This document shows, in pieces, positions 63,363 to 64,000 of a stretch of DNA of 64,000 nucleotides; position 1 is the stretch's first letter; each line of letters starts with the position of its first letter. Source of the stretch: an uncultured bacterium. GTDB taxonomy: Bacteria; Acidobacteriota; Thermoanaerobaculia; Multivoradales; J023. The position numbers were made by a program, and so were the translations under genes. Under the pieces are notes generated by a model, which saw only the letters and a program-made list of their open reading frames with translations, did not search any database and was not told where the DNA came from. The stretch is taken from NCBI GenBank assembly GCA_965366625.1, contig CBDUGP010000003.1:50549-114548 (forward strand). Reading direction: 5' to 3'.

Positions 63363-64000
63363 ATGGCCGCCCCCATCCCAAACGCTGACGGTCCCTTCGA
63401 GAGACCCTCCACCGAACGCCTCATCGAGCTCGTCGACCGTTTTCGCGGACGCCCGGTTTTGATGTTGGTGGATTTGGTGGCGGATCGATTCATTTCCGGA
63501 ATTCCCAAGCGCATCAGCCGCGAGGCGCCGGTGTTGATCCTGAGTCTCGAAAGCGAAACCACGATCCCCGGTGGAGGCGCCAATGCGGTGGCCAATGTGG
63601 CGGCCCTCGGTGGTGACGCCAAACCCTTGGGCGTGGTCGGAGATGATCTGGCCGGCCGCGAGCTGATCGAGATTTTCGAGCAGCGGGGCATTGATACCGG
63701 TGGGATTTTGATCCGTTCCGACTATCGGACCCCCACCAAGACCCGCGTCCTGGGCGGTGGGCGCCACGCCATCAAACAACAGATCGTGCGCTACGACCTG
63801 GAAGACGAATGGCATCCCACCGCGGAAGACCTCGAAGCTCTGATGACCTTCGCCCGCAAGCATTGCGAAGGCAGCCGTTCGGCGATCATGTCCGACTATG
63901 GTTACGGCGCCGTACGTCCGGAAATGATCGAAACCTTCCGCCGGGCGCTTACCGCAGACGCTTCCCAGGCCGGCCCGCCACCGGCGATCCTGGGAGACAG
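63363..64000 (+). CDS. pfkB-family carbohydrate kinase, RfaE/HldE domain I-like (3'-partial at window end)
   Basis: direct translation from ATG 63363 (in-frame stop 63348): VLMLVDLVADRFISGIPKRISREAPVLIL ... GGGANAVANVAALGG typical of heptose-7-phosphate kinase; not in ORF track because it runs off the window; minus-strand ORF 63291..63863 judged antisense artefact. Confidence 0.6.
   Translation, partial: MAAPIPNADGPFERPSTERLIELVDRFRGRPVLMLVDLVADRFISGIPKRISREAPVLILSLESETTIPGGGANAVANVAALGGDAKPLGVVGDDLAGRELIEIFEQRGIDTGGILIRSDYRTPTKTRVLGGGRHAIKQQIVRYDLEDEWHPTAEDLEALMTFARKHCEGSRSAIMSDYGYGAVRPEMIETFRRALTADASQAGPPPAILGD

Overview
High-GC (~60%) bacterial chromosomal window dominated by one very large, co-directional (+ strand) translation/transcription locus. 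In order: tmk-holB, an acidic-repeat membrane protein, convergent coaE and folD, then rplM-rpsI-rpsB-tsf-pyrH-frr-rlmB. Next come four tRNAs (Thr-Tyr-Gly-Thr), tuf copy 1, tRNA-Trp, secE-nusG-rplKAJL-rpoB-rpoC, a bidirectional terminator and one antisense orphan gene. The str operon follows (rpsL-rpsG-fusA-tuf copy 2), then the S10, spc and alpha operons (rpsJ ... rplQ), which include secY-adk-map-infA-rpmJ. The last ~18 kb is accessory/regulatory. It holds a PBP transpeptidase; a minus-strand cluster of a LuxE-like adenylating enzyme, a STAS protein, a 1340-aa hybrid sensor kinase and a Zn-ribbon RNase HI; and a divergent membrane receptor with degenerate cyclase and pseudokinase domains. It also holds an ECF sigma/anti-sigma/CpxP-like trio, two polysaccharide glycosyl/sugar transferases, a dGTPase-like gene with an unresolved start, and the 5' end of an RfaE-like heptose kinase. 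No CRISPR arrays, transposases or integrases were seen. Most noteworthy: a Cys-rich double zinc-ribbon-like insertion in the N-terminal region of RpoB; two identical EF-Tu genes carrying a 563-nt perfect-identity tract that suggests gene conversion; absence of S14 from the spc operon; and the dual pseudo-enzyme receptor. The ORF track treats GTG/TTG as starts and often over-extends N-termini; coordinates below use refined starts where an RBS or homology supports them.
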